The position numbers and the translations under genes were made by a program. Below are positions 22,282 to 34,357 of a stretch of 40,523 nucleotides of DNA, in pieces (the stretch's first letter is position 1; the number at the start of each line of letters is the position of its first letter). The notes beneath the pieces were generated by a model. That model was not told the DNA's origin. It did no database searches and was given only the letters and a program-made list of their open reading frames with translations. Source of the DNA: Craspedostauros australis (taxonomy: Eukaryota); contig JALAGF010002876.1 in the NCBI GenBank assembly GCA_030167865.1, forward strand, positions 1-40,523. The letters are read 5' to 3'.

Positions 22282-24168
22282 GATGGCTTCAGTTGTGTGG
22301 TTGCCTCAGTGTCTGAGCAGTGTCTGTTTGTGTGCTGAGATATGATATGTATGGTAATATGAGTGGAACAGAGTGAGTGTGATCGAGTTTGATCGAGTGC
22401 GGTTTGAATGCAAAGTGTGAGCTCTTTGTTGATTCTGCGCTCCAGACGAGGCTGAATCTGTTGCACCACCAGAGACACATCACACAAGGAGGAGGGCAAC
22501 CAGAACAAAAGTCGACGTGCAGCGCCTTCGTATTCAGCGATACCGTACAGACAGTCCGCAAACAGACCAAGAAACAGACGGAAACCGAACTCGGAGGAAA
22601 TCGCTGCAATCTCTCGCGGTCGACTCCAACCAGCCCACCAAGACCGCCATTGGAGGCCACCGGGCCGTCGCGAGGCTTCCTCCATCGTCAAGCGAGGGAA
22701 AATCTCAGAAATCCAGCGCTCGCATCGTTGACATTCGCGGATTCAACCAGCGGAATTGATCGCGGTCCCGTAAAGGTGCGCGGTAAGGAACGAGGCGCTT
22801 CATTCGTTGGTGATGTTACCCTTTGTGCTCTTCTCCGTGTTCTCTTTGTGCCGTTTCCGTACCTTGCTTGCCGATGTTCACGATGATGGCCTTGATGCCT
22901 TGGGTGATGTCGATGCTGTGGGTGTTGGGATGATGATCTGAGTGTCGAAGGTGTGGGTGTAAGTGTGAGTGTGGGTGTAAACGTGGATGAGGCAGGCAGT
23001 GTGCTTTCTTTGGTTGTTTGTTGGCTTTCCTTCTTGTCGCTGCTGTATTCTTGGTCCACTCCGTTCGTTCTTGTCGCTGCGTGTTTTTGCATCGCATCGA
23101 GGTGGTTGCGTTTGTCGTGGTTGTCGCTGTCTTCGCGTTGTTCATTCCACGTTGTTACTCTTCACGCTTTTGTTTGTCCTGCCATCGTCCGGCGTCTTCT
23201 CTTTCCTTCATGTGCCATTCTGTGCAATGCATTCCGATTCGCTTGCTCTGTCCTTAAGCAAATTGTGTCCATGACAGTTATGAAACAAGACTGTCGCACA
23301 GTGTCCCATAATCAATCATTGAACTATACTCAGCCATGAATATAATTTAATGTTTGTCCCCATCGTGGTTCGAAATCCGATTTCAGTCTTGATTCTGGCC
23401 GTTCGTGTGTGTGAGACTTGGCGACGACACCAACCACGGACTCGAAACGGCGGAATGGGAGTCATCACTTTTTCTCCTCCATCCTTTCTGCACCCTCCCA
23501 AGGCGCAACAATGACCGTACTGCGATCGCTGTACAAACTCAGAGCACTTCTCACAAACCAAGCGCGCGACGAGCAGGGGCTTCTCCCTGTATGTTTTCGT
23601 GGGTTCGAGGCAAGAGCATCATCCCTCCAAAGTATGGTAGCGGCGTGGAGAGTGGCAAAAGGAATCCTATTTCTGAGTGACCTGCGCTTCAATGCTTTGC
23701 TTCACCTCTTGCACTTGTACATGGAGCTCGTAGATCGAGGCACTTCATCTGAGCACGAGTTTGGGACACGACCTACATGCGCCCACATGGTGGCTGAAGC
23801 TCGTGTCACCTTCGCACGAGCAAGGATTGCCGCCAATGATTGGATCTTGTTCCGAGACAGGTGACATGTGGCACACACACAACATTCCTTGGTTGCGCAC
23901 GACCTCCATGCTGTCATTGCATGGAAGTGGCGAGCTCCCACAACTACGCACAGCACAGAAGATGCGTTCCGACTCTGTTCCGCAGTGCGGGCAATGCCTC
24001 ATTCCTCACACAACAGATAACAGGCAACAACCAACAAGAGACACAATTTGCCATGTGCGTGTTCGAGATACTCGAGTACTCTACCATACAATAATACTAT
24101 GCAATGCCGCACTTCCCTTCATTACTCCACTCGCCTCAACTTGGCTCTATTCCATTGAAGCAATCGAT

Positions 24169-26199
24169 TCACATCCGCAGAATGCGAGGCGTGGGTTCGA
24201 TGACCATGGGCGCCTCAAGATCCTGGAGGATGACGGCGGTCTCCAGCATGTGCGATTCCTTGGTGCGATCATCGATGACGGCGTCGGCATTGGAGATGGA
24301 CTCCGAGACGATGGGCGATGCCCGCGATTGCTGGGTGTAAGAGGGCCGGCTGTCACCGTGCTTCTGGTTGCTGGCTCTCACGTCGGGGTTGGGGATGGTG
24401 ATGGAGCGCGTCGGTACGCCGTGGCGGGTGATGGGTGGTGCAGATACGACGGCGTGGTCGATCTCGTCCATGGCTGGGAAGCAACCCGGGAGGGCATCAT
24501 TGACGCAGCCGGGTATGAAGCCGAAGTTGCCTTCCGCCCCATCCAAAGAGCTGCTGGTGACGGCCCTTATCTTGGCGTGCTTGGTCCTGCGATGTCTCTT
24601 GGGATCTTCGTTGCCCGTCGAATCGGTGGCCCCTCGCAGCGCATCCATGACGGCGGCGGCTCCACGTCGGATGGCGTCATCGTCACCGCAAAGGACGCTG
24701 CTCTTGGGTTTCTGCGGCGTTTCGATGATTCGCGCCGTGTTGTCGCTGCTTCCGAGCTCGCTGATGCCGTCATCGAAGTTGCAGGCAAAGAGCACCAGAT
24801 CGCTCTGTGCCTTGTTCTCCGCGAAATCCTGCCAGGTGTCCAAGCTGTTGAGGGTGTGCTTGGTGGGTGCAACCGAGTGCGGATACACCTTGCTTTGCTG
24901 GGTGGTGAGCGTTTCCCTGCCATAGGCTGGCGCCATTGCAGGCCGGGTGTTGGTCATTGGTGCCTCCGCCTTTGCTGCTGCCTTTGGCGCTTGCTTCACT
25001 TGCGGGTCAGAGATAGTTGCCGGCGCTGCTTGCGGAGCAACATTTCTGTGGGAGAACTGAAACATGGATGGCTCCGCCTGCACCCGAACCTTGATCTGCG
25101 ACGCGGCCTGCGCAGCTGCCGCCGCCTCCCGCAGTCGTTTCTGCTCCTGCTTTTGCTTCTCTTGTTCCATTTCCTTCTGGCGTTTCAGTTCCAGTTGCTG
25201 TTCTTGTAGCAACAGTTTCTGCTGCCGCTCCTCTTGTTGCTTGAGCTTCTGCTGTTCCCTCTGCTGTCGCTTCAATTCCCTCTTCGATAGTTGCTTGGGC
25301 TGTTCTTCTTCATCTGCCATACGGGCATCGATACGAGCATCGGCATGGTTCTCAGCAGCACCGTCTGGTTCTGTCTGCTGCTGGCGTTGCTTAGTGCCCG
25401 ACTTGGAACGCAACCACCTCGGCCGGATCTGCAGCTCGACATCTTCATCCTTATCCTCGCTGTTGCTGGTGTCGACGACGTTGGTGGCGGAACTGCTGGA
25501 CCGCGTGTTGATGATGGAAGGAATGGACTTGTCGAAGGAGTCGTCGGTACCAATGGCGTTGTCGTTGTCATTGTCATCGTTGTTGTTGACCCACGCCTGC
25601 AGCTCCTCCTGCCACTTGGGCGGGTGCATGCACTGCGTGATCAAGGTGAGGATGACCCATAACAAGATGGAGACGATGTTGAAGTAGGAGCCGATGTCGA
25701 GGGTGCAGGTCTGGCGGTTGATGTCGCGGATGCAGGGTTCCGATTCGAAGAGGATGAAGACGGGAACCTCTAGCACGGCCGTCGCTGCGGCCACGATGGA
25801 GAGGCAACGCCACGTGGCGGTGGTGGGCGGGATGCAGGTGCTGAGCAGCCATGCCAGGAGGGTGGCGATGGAGGCCAGAGCGACGTTGCCGACGTAGAAG
25901 AACCACCGCGACATCGTCCGCATGCTGTCATCGTCCTCGAACATGGGGTTGTCCTCGTGGTCGCAGGTGACGCCCACGGAGAGTTCCGTGACCGCGGATT
26001 GGGTGGTGAGCGTCCCGTTGTAGGCTTGACCGAAGAGCTCCACGCCGTTGCCATCCTGCAGGGTGCGACCGCGCTCGGCCTGGATCTCGAGGAAGTTGCA
26101 TTGGATTCCAGCCAGCACGCCGAAGATGAGCGCGATGGATGCGAGGCAGGCGATGGAGACCGCCTTCATTCTGTGCGCCATGGCGTGGATGTTGCCCAT
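24169..26199 (-). CDS. Hypothetical membrane protein: four N-terminal TM helices with Cys-containing loops, Q/E/K coiled coil and long disordered C-terminus (~676 aa)
   Basis: 2-kb uninterrupted ORF. Hydrophobic segments IACLASIALIFGVLAG, VALASIATLLAWLL, IVAAATAVLEVPVFILF, IVSILLWVILTLI. First ATG is at 26199. Confidence 0.8.
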   Translation of the reverse strand: MGNIHAMAHRMKAVSIACLASIALIFGVLAGIQCNFLEIQAERGRTLQDGNGVELFGQAYNGTLTTQSAVTELSVGVTCDHEDNPMFEDDDSMRTMSRWFFYVGNVALASIATLLAWLLSTCIPPTTATWRCLSIVAAATAVLEVPVFILFESEPCIRDINRQTCTLDIGSYFNIVSILLWVILTLITQCMHPPKWQEELQAWVNNNDDNDNDNAIGTDDSFDKSIPSIINTRSSSSATNVVDTSNSEDKDEDVELQIRPRWLRSKSGTKQRQQQTEPDGAAENHADARIDARMADEEEQPKQLSKRELKRQQREQQKLKQQEERQQKLLLQEQQLELKRQKEMEQEKQKQEQKRLREAAAAAQAASQIKVRVQAEPSMFQFSHRNVAPQAAPATISDPQVKQAPKAAAKAEAPMTNTRPAMAPAYGRETLTTQQSKVYPHSVAPTKHTLNSLDTWQDFAENKAQSDLVLFACNFDDGISELGSSDNTARIIETPQKPKSSVLCGDDDAIRRGAAAVMDALRGATDSTGNEDPKRHRRTKHAKIRAVTSSSLDGAEGNFGFIPGCVNDALPGCFPAMDEIDHAVVSAPPITRHGVPTRSITIPNPDVRASNQKHGDSRPSYTQQSRASPIVSESISNADAVIDDRTKESHMLETAVILQDLEAPMVIEPTPRILRM

Positions 26200-28052
26200 C
26201 TTGACAGCTCTTGCTCGGCTCGAACTGTGCCGTGTCCAGGTTGCTCTGAGATGGAGTGCAACTGGAGTGCAGCTGCGACAAGGAGGCAATGGGGCAAGTG
26301 GGAGGGAGTCTTGATGGCACCGATAGCAACGCAGCGAGACGTTGACACTTGATGTATAGGGTCGTATTCTATAATATAATACTCTCTATTGGCAGAGAGG
26401 TAGAGTGTCGAAGCTGGTTGTGCTATTATGCTCAATGCTGGCTGCCCAGTGCTCTGCGAGAAGTGAGGAGCTGAGTTGAGGATCGAAGGACTCTTGCATG
26501 CACTTGACGAAGAGGCAAGCCGGAGATCGTACTCTCTCCAAATAGTCGTATGATGGAGTGATGGAGTGATGTGTGTTTGTGGACGTCGATGATGCCCAAT
26601 TTTCAAACCACCGGTAGCACTGATGATGTGCGAGGATGATCCGACACAAGCAAAACGAAGTGGAGTGAGGTGAAGCGAAGTCAGGTCAAGGGGAAGTGGG
26701 AGCTGCCTTGCTTTGTTCACAAGTGGGACGGTGTTGCTCTGCACCTCTCCGCAGTGTTTGTGGTGATCTCAGGTGGAGATTTTGGCGACTGTCGCTTCCG
26801 TGAAATCACACCACCAAGAAATCTGTCCACACGCAGAGCGTTTCTTTGGCGCGAAGCGAACAAGTTCACCTCAACACCACAGAATCAGTCTTGAAAACGA
26901 AATTCGAAACCTTGCTGGCGTTTGCCTCCCGCGATGGTGGGAGTGTGACAATGCGCACACGTAAAACGTGCCGAACAATTGAAATGATCATCTACAGCAC
27001 TGTATACATTCAAACATACATCCACTTAAGGCGAATTGTCGGAGTTTCATTGATGTCGGTCAAAAAATCTCGCCTCGGGAGCACAAAATTTCTCCACGAA
27101 GATCCGCAAAAGTTGGCAACAGGCACAGCCGTTGCTCATCGATTCAACAAACAACCATCTCGCACCGCGCGAGCGCGTCAACTCATCTCACAATTGTTGG
27201 CAGTCAGGCAATCCCACGCCCTTCTTTTGGATCCGTTCAGACGCGCTCTTGGGCAAGGCCCACCACAGAGGCGAAGCTTGTGAAAACTGGATCATACATG
27301 TACCACGCTGGCAGCAACGGCAACACTGTAGTCCTTTGAGTATCGTGACCTTACGAGACGATCGAATGCACCAAAGCAACAGGCGTAGAGACGATTGCAA
27401 GGAGCCTTCTTGGGTGTGGGAATGTTCCCATCACTTTTATAGTGGTTTGGATTGAATTGCGTACTATGTTGCGAGAATGACAAGAATGGGCTGTTCTACA
27501 TACCATGCGTTCGTGTGTGATACACACTCCCACTATGATCACATGTGTCATGTTGCTGGCAAGTCCGCTTTGAGTTCAGTTCCAGGCATGGCGCACTCTG
27601 ACAGAAATCTGGCAGTCTTCATGCAAGCACATACTCTTCGAGTACAGTATGTAATCGTGTCCATGCTCTATCATGTGGTGCTCTTTGAAATCATTCTCGA
27701 TTGCGTGTGCCCGTGCAGTCTTTGACTTGATGCTTGTGGACTCTCACACAGAGTACGGAAAACCACCAATTTGATAGCGTACTCGTCCTTACAAATAGGT
27801 GGAGTACCATACGAATGCAGATCGTGCCCAACTCCTCTATCATTCTCTGTCCCAACCTCCAAACTGTGCTGATCCCACTCCGAACAAACTGCCTTCCGTA
27901 TTCAAGTCTGTCTGCTGTTTCAAATGTTTCATTCTGCAAGTGTACAGAACGGCGTTCCGCATGCTCGGCGTATTAGTACTCGTACATAGAATAGTATAGA
28001 GCGCTCCACTTGTTTCTGTTCCATACTAAACCTGAAGCAGTTATCCCCCGCT

Positions 28053-30216
28053 TCAAACGATATGGTCTTCGACGCTGTGCATCTTGGAAGCGGACAGCCG
28101 AAACTCGGGACGCTTGCCCTGCTCTCCCGCGATCGGCAATGGCAGATACTCGGGCTGCCGCGTGGATGGCAGCAGCACGGCAAGAAAGGGATTGAGACGC
28201 GATCCAAACACCTGCTGCCAATTGCGACGCGCGCCCAACGAGTACGGGTTGATCCATTTGCGCTTGGCCTTGCGCGCCTTGCGAGCCGACATCCAGTTGC
28301 CATGAAATTCGATCGTGGTCTGCGCCGTGAGGGTCAGGTACAGGTGGAACCCACCGAGAAAGGCGACGGCGATGCCCACCGCGAGACAGATCATGAATGC
28401 CAGTGAGATCGGCATCTTTTCGCGTGGGAACGGGACCATGGAATCGGCATGCATGCGTTCCCAGTGTCCCGTCCGACGGAATTGATCCACCTGGCTGCGG
28501 TAGAGTGGACCTGAGGTATTGACAAACGGAACGTACGTGATACAGACTCCGTACATCATTCCCGTATGCACCAGCCACAGGAACGTACAAAAGTAGCGGT
28601 AGTTGAAGTAACCGACTGCGACGATCGTGGTTGTTGGTTGGTTTGTTCCATGTTGGCAAGGGGGACGATAGAACGTAGCAATGTCAGATTTGAAAACTCA
28701 TGTGGTGGGCGACGCAGTGGAGAGCGCGACCGTGGTACAGCGGCGACAGCACCGAGAATAGCACCACAAGTGATAAAGTGATATGTTCCGCACCTCTGTT
28801 CGATGCGCAGATAGCCATAACACGCCCCACATTTTTCACCCATCGCACAATCATCGCTGGCGTCCAACTCTCACTCTCATTTGCTTCCAAGCAAACAGGC
28901 ACGGTGTGGGACTTACTCGCGTTGAACATCCACGGACAGTAATGATCCAGGTTGAGAATGAGCGATTGCGACACGTGATCATAATGCGACCTCGGTGGCT
29001 TGGGTTGCTTGGAACGATTGCACCAACTCCATTCATCCGGCGCTAATATCATCCAACTTCGAATCTGCTTGGGCGTTGCCTGTACTTGCTGTGGCTGCGG
29101 TTGTCTTTGTGGTTTCGCCTTGCTGTTGGCAACCCGCCGTTGCGCCACACCACCTTGCACCACATTGCCCTGCACCACACCAGCCTCCGCAGTACCACGT
29201 TGCGGAGCACCACCCAACTCCACATCGTCCGCCATACGCGCCGCATCTTGCACGGCCGCGGCGGAGATGGGCATCTTGCTCTGCAACGTGCTGTTGATCT
29301 GCTTGGCAAGCTGCGTGTTGCGCTGCAGGATGGCGTTGGTACGGGCCTGTTGCAGATGCTGACGTCGCTGGCGTTGCACGGCACCGGGATTGGCCTTTTC
29401 GTGCCGCCTCTGAAAGCGAATGCGCAGTTTGTGTTCGACGTCGAGCCGGAACTCGGTCTCTTCGTCGGGTGACTGCGGGAAGTAGACGCCTTGCGTGTGC
29501 GCCAATTCCCTTACGACCTTCTCGTACTTGGTGCCGCCGTTGCTCGTCATGACGCACATGAAGTAATTGAAGGCGATGTTGGTGAGGAAGTAGCAGACGA
29601 TGAGGATGTGGCCCATGATGATCCAATCGCCCGTCGTCGCATTCTCCGCGAAGATGTTGGGGATCAGGGTCGCGTGCGTGTTTGCAGGTGCACTGTCGAT
29701 GGCGTTGCCCAGCAGAGAAGAATCCGACCCTGCTGATGACCCTGTTGATGACCCTGATGATGGAGATAGGAGCTGCTGCAGTCCCAGGAACATTGAGGAC
29801 AAGAATGACGAGAGGCCACCTTGGCCATTATCCGCATCCACCTGTCCAACCGAACCTGGCAGCACCTCGTGAGGATACTTCTGCTCGTAGTAGCGATGCA
29901 TCATCGGCAGGATGATGGTGAAGAAGGTGTAGCCAAGGCCGCTGAGGATGGCAAGCGCGAAGCAGATGAGGATGGGTCCCAGGATGTAGACGATCTTCTC
30001 CACGAACGTGGTGCATGCCATGAGCGCGCAATCCGCCAGGTTGGCGAAGGTGCATTGGAAGGTGCGTCTGCCTGGTCCCTTCTTTGGGAGGCACCACAGG
30101 GAGAACCTGCGCCGTCGTGACGAGGCATCCGCCGATGCTTGTGATGGCGCTGATCCTGATGCTGGAGCTTGTGATGAACCATTGCGGGCACCGGTTCTTG
30201 CTGCCGATCTTGCCAT
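28053..30216 (-). CDS. DHHC-family protein S-acyltransferase, DHYC variant (620 aa); exons 30216-28917 and 28615-28053
   Basis: KPPRSHY...LDHYCPWMFNA|IGYFNYRYF is restored by a GTAAGT...GCAG intron (301 nt). Four TM helices, QTTIE (TTxE motif), NPYSLG..RNWQQVFG (PaCCT-like). Confidence 0.92.
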
Positions 30217-31209
30217 CTCGAACTTGTGTGCTCAATGTCCGTATAGTATGGACTAGCAGACTTCTCGCTCAGTTGACAATCGATCTCTCGTTTGGGTCGT
30301 GCGGCAGGTAAGATTCGACAAAGACAGAGCTATCCAGAGTATGGTATGGCTCTTGTGGAGATGGATGCATGCATGGAATGTGCGGTGTGACTACTGTTCG
30401 TAGAGTATGAGATTCGTTGGATGAATCGAATGCGGAGAGGAGCGAGCAACAGCGGAACGAAGGAGGAGGAAAGCTCAAGAGAGAGAGGAGATGCGCCCAA
30501 CAGCAAATGTGCTTGTTGCGGGTGCGGAACCACGATGGAAAATGCCGCAATGATGGATGAATCCTTTGACTCCAATCGCAGTTGACTGGTTTGACTTCAA
30601 TCGTTGTATTCCATTCATCGGAGTCGGAACCAGGATGCTGTTTGCGTTGAGGTATCTTTGATGTCTTGGTTGTGGGCAGAGACGCGCGCGTTTTCTGGTG
30701 GTGTGATCTTTTTGCGTGTGTATCTTGCGTGTGGTGGTGTGGGTTTGGGGTTCCTCTCTTTCTTGCTTCTTGTTCGTGTTGGTGTTCGTTTCCGCGTTGA
30801 AGGGGGATGAAGCACACGAAAGATGAGAACACCCCTTGGGCAGACAGAAGATTGTTGCGTTTCTGGTGCGTTGTCACACTCGTTCTTGCGGTTCGTGTAT
30901 CCATTCTTGCCGTTGGGGTTGTGACGATGCATGACAATCGAGTGAGCGGCCAACCGATCTCACCAACCAGACACAAACGCAAGAGACAACATCAGAGACG
31001 GCACCAGGGCAAGGAGAGCAGCGAGGTTGAGACAGGAACCACCGCGTCTTGTGCTTGCCAACGATAATACTGCGCTGCTTGTTGCGCTCCTGCTGGCGGA
31101 GAGCGGCGAGAGATCTTCGTTGTCACAACACTTGCGATCAGCGTTGCAAGCACAAGAACAAGAAGATCAGGAGGGAGTGAGGTTGGGAGAGACAAAGACC
31201 AACACCAAG

Positions 31210-33375
31210 ATGGAGGATCCGCAACCGCAACCGCAACCAGCAAGGCCACCAAGAAGCCAAGGTAAGGCCAAGGCCAAAGGAAAGGCCAAGGCGAAAGACA
31301 GTGGCACAAGCGACGCCAAAAGTGGAGGCAAGAAACAAGGCAAGAACGATGGTAAGAACAACGGCAAGAACGATGGTAAGAAGACCTTCCGCAACAAGAA
31401 GCAGAACAAGAATAAGAACAACGGCAAGAACAAGAACAAGAACAAAAACAAAGGAAAGAACCAACGGGCTGCTGTGCGCAAGGACAAGCTCGGCCAATCC
31501 ATCGGCCTTGAGGACTCCCACTGGCTGCGATGCATCCAGGATGCCACCGCCTGTCTCTACGGCGGCGCTACCTCCGGCGGCAACCCCGATGATAGCAGCG
31601 TAGGCGGCAACAGCTACGCCTCCGTGAACACCGCTTCGTCTTCGCTCGCGTCTGCATACGAGTACACCAATGTCAAGAGCAACGCAAGGAACGGCCACCG
31701 CATCGACGTTCTGGATCACTCGCTCAAGTACTTGGACTACCTGCAAGACTGCCTCAAGTCCAAGACCAACGTCGCTCCAAGCCCCGGCGTCGTCGTGGCG
31801 CATCCGGATCGTCAAGATCTCAACCTCGCCATGCCCGTTCCTTACTCCGAGTACGTGCAGCACACCTACTCCAAGCACAAGAAAGGCCACGGCCATGCCA
31901 ACAAGGCCGGTCCAAACAACCGAGCTCAGCTTCCAGACAACTTTGCCTATTTGCAACCCACTGCAGCATCGGGTCAAGCCGCCCGCACGGAAAGCGCCGC
32001 CAATCGCGGCACTCGCCAAAACCCCATCCAATTCATCATGGTCCCTTCCCAAGTCGTGCACGCAACGACGCAGCCCACTGCCATTGGCGCTCCCACATCC
32101 ACATCCAACGTCACACCGAACTCGGCCAACGCGCAGGCTGCGAATCAAGGGTCGGGGATTGATCTGCGCAAGGTGCATTTGCATTCCAAGGCGTACAACC
32201 CTGACCAGGCGTCGTTTCCAGCCGCAGGAATGCAACAGCAGCAACAGCTGAACCAATCCTTCCAGCAAGCAAAACAGTCCCCATCGTACAACCCATTCGC
32301 CATGCTTGCCTCCAGCGACAACGAGGACTCCACCGACGATGAGGAAGAAGAGATCGAAGAGGTGCTGTCAACGCAGGGTGACGCTGCTGCTCCCTCCGTA
32401 GCAACAGAGGCGGAGACGGGCACCATCCTCGTCTATGGTCTGGAGACGGTCATCCATGACGCAGAGGTCGCCGCATCAGTCCCACCACCTTCTGCTCCTC
32501 CGTCCGATGCCGCAATTACGGGCGCAACGGCAGCAGGCGATTCTGTCGATTCGGCGGCCTCGGATGAGAGCACAATGACCCTGCGACGGTTGCTCATCCG
32601 CATCGCCGCGGCCCAGTCCGACATTGTCGTGCGCAAGGCCGCCATCGCAGCGCAGATCGTCAAGGCAGAATCCAAGGGCAACTTCGCCCCCAGCAGCAGG
32701 TTCGAAAGCGCTGCGGGAGAACCGCACGAAGGCGCTGGTGACGACGACACCATTGCAACTGGTACCACCAAGAACAACAATCACAGAAGATGGTCGTGGT
32801 ACGACATCGCCAAGCTCTACAAGAGAGCTCTGGACCACTCGCGCTTCGCTCTCTTCATTGCCAACAGGCACATCTCCCTCTGGACCAACGACCTGTACCG
32901 ACAAGAGCAGGAAAAGGCGAGGTTGAAGGAAGAGCGGGCCAAAGCTGCCGCCCAATCGGGAACCGAGACCAAGGTCGATGACGCCTTCGACGGCGACAGC
33001 GTCGAAGAAAGGCGCCGGCAGGAGATGCACGACCTCCTGGTGCAGGACGCGAGCATCGTCGAGGTCTGCATCGCGTCGCTGGTGAAGTCCTGCGACAAGT
33101 ACACGCACATGGCCAAATCCCGCAAGGCCTGGCTGGAGGCCAAGCTGCGTCCGCAGTGGATGTCGCGCGATGCCGTCAAGCAGAGGTTCGGGTTGGACCG
33201 CTGGAAGAACAATCCCAACCCCACGAACGACTTCGCCAAGCGCCGCGAAATCTTCGAACGTCAGCTCGAGGCCATCAAGCGCGCGCTGGAGCTTCATGAC
33301 GATGGCAACGTCCACTTGTTGCAGGGCATGTTCCATGAGCAGATCCAAACCAAGCTTGATAGCTTGGAGCTGTGA
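31210..33375 (+). CDS. Hypothetical protein (721 aa) with Lys/Asn-rich N-terminus, acidic patch and predicted helical C-terminal region
   Basis: 2.2-kb uninterrupted ORF with GC3-rich codons; ATG at 31210. No family recognised. Confidence 0.8.
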   Translation: MEDPQPQPQPARPPRSQGKAKAKGKAKAKDSGTSDAKSGGKKQGKNDGKNNGKNDGKKTFRNKKQNKNKNNGKNKNKNKNKGKNQRAAVRKDKLGQSIGLEDSHWLRCIQDATACLYGGATSGGNPDDSSVGGNSYASVNTASSSLASAYEYTNVKSNARNGHRIDVLDHSLKYLDYLQDCLKSKTNVAPSPGVVVAHPDRQDLNLAMPVPYSEYVQHTYSKHKKGHGHANKAGPNNRAQLPDNFAYLQPTAASGQAARTESAANRGTRQNPIQFIMVPSQVVHATTQPTAIGAPTSTSNVTPNSANAQAANQGSGIDLRKVHLHSKAYNPDQASFPAAGMQQQQQLNQSFQQAKQSPSYNPFAMLASSDNEDSTDDEEEEIEEVLSTQGDAAAPSVATEAETGTILVYGLETVIHDAEVAASVPPPSAPPSDAAITGATAAGDSVDSAASDESTMTLRRLLIRIAAAQSDIVVRKAAIAAQIVKAESKGNFAPSSRFESAAGEPHEGAGDDDTIATGTTKNNNHRRWSWYDIAKLYKRALDHSRFALFIANRHISLWTNDLYRQEQEKARLKEERAKAAAQSGTETKVDDAFDGDSVEERRRQEMHDLLVQDASIVEVCIASLVKSCDKYTHMAKSRKAWLEAKLRPQWMSRDAVKQRFGLDRWKNNPNPTNDFAKRREIFERQLEAIKRALELHDDGNVHLLQGMFHEQIQTKLDSLEL

Positions 33376-34357
33376 GCTGCGTCCGAAGCGTCTTTCCTCT
33401 CTCTCTCTACAGAGACGGCTGTGCCAGTCAAGAAGGAAGCTTTGTGCCTCTCTTTCTGCCACAGAGAGAAGAGGGAAGCTGCGAGGCGCGCCAACCAACA
33501 AGATCATGTCCGTCAAACAAGGGTCCCAGTCAAGCCATGCGTAACATTACATGCCATAGTAACAAAATGCGGTCGTCTGCAATTGAAGCTGGGATGTCGT
33601 TGCTGTTGTTGTGTTGTGTTGACTGATTGCATGGTATCCTGATTCGATCCCTTGGCAACTTTTGATGAATCAACGAACTGATGGCGCCAACTTCGTTGAA
33701 TCCGTTATGCATGACTGAATGAATCTGTGTCAGTCTGACCATCTGTCCCCAGTACACACAACAGGAAATGCCGGAGGATCTCGCGCGGTTCTGCGCTACT
33801 ACTGGAGGATCGGTGGAAAAAAGTGAATGTTATTCCGTATTGTGTGTGTATCAAGTACCGACTATTTTATGATGAATACAAATTACCGATCGTTGAGGAG
33901 TGCCACAAGCCGCAAAGATCTGTGTTCAAAGAACCAGTCCTCGACGAACAACAGATGTCATTGGGTGACACCAACTGTGCGGAACAAACAAGGAACAAAG
34001 GCATCCTGTTCTGTGCAGTGCGGAACACACGCTGCTTCGCCAGAACGGGCTACAACACGCTACAAGACAGCACTGTGTTGCAACCAAAAGCATCTCATTC
34101 CATATTCTCGCATACATCTTCATGTTCTGCAACCAAAGGCAGCCGTAAGAGAGAAGACGCGACGTTCTCACATTGCAAAGAGGAGGAGCTTTCATACCAA
34201 TACCAATACTATACCAATATCAATACCAATACTGAGGACAGACAGAGATACCATACGAGTGGAGAGAAAGAGGATGCTCGGATAGCCACGACATTCATTT
34301 CAACACACATCGAAACAAGCGCAACAACGAAGGAACGGACGACAACCTGCTGCGACG

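Noticed and set aside
22300-24100. Short ORFs and a GGTTCGAAATCC tRNA T-loop-like string near 23368
   Set aside because: No cloverleaf stems or D-arm found; ORFs are low-complexity and unsupported.
23761-25209. Long antisense ORFs (also 2008-3009, 12652-13788, 31138-32268, 32476-33516)
   Set aside because: Shadows of real genes; GC3-rich codon usage depletes stop codons on the opposite strand.
26800-27950. Possible degenerate gene fragments between the 4-TM and DHYC genes
   Set aside because: Frequent stops and no identifiable homology by eye.
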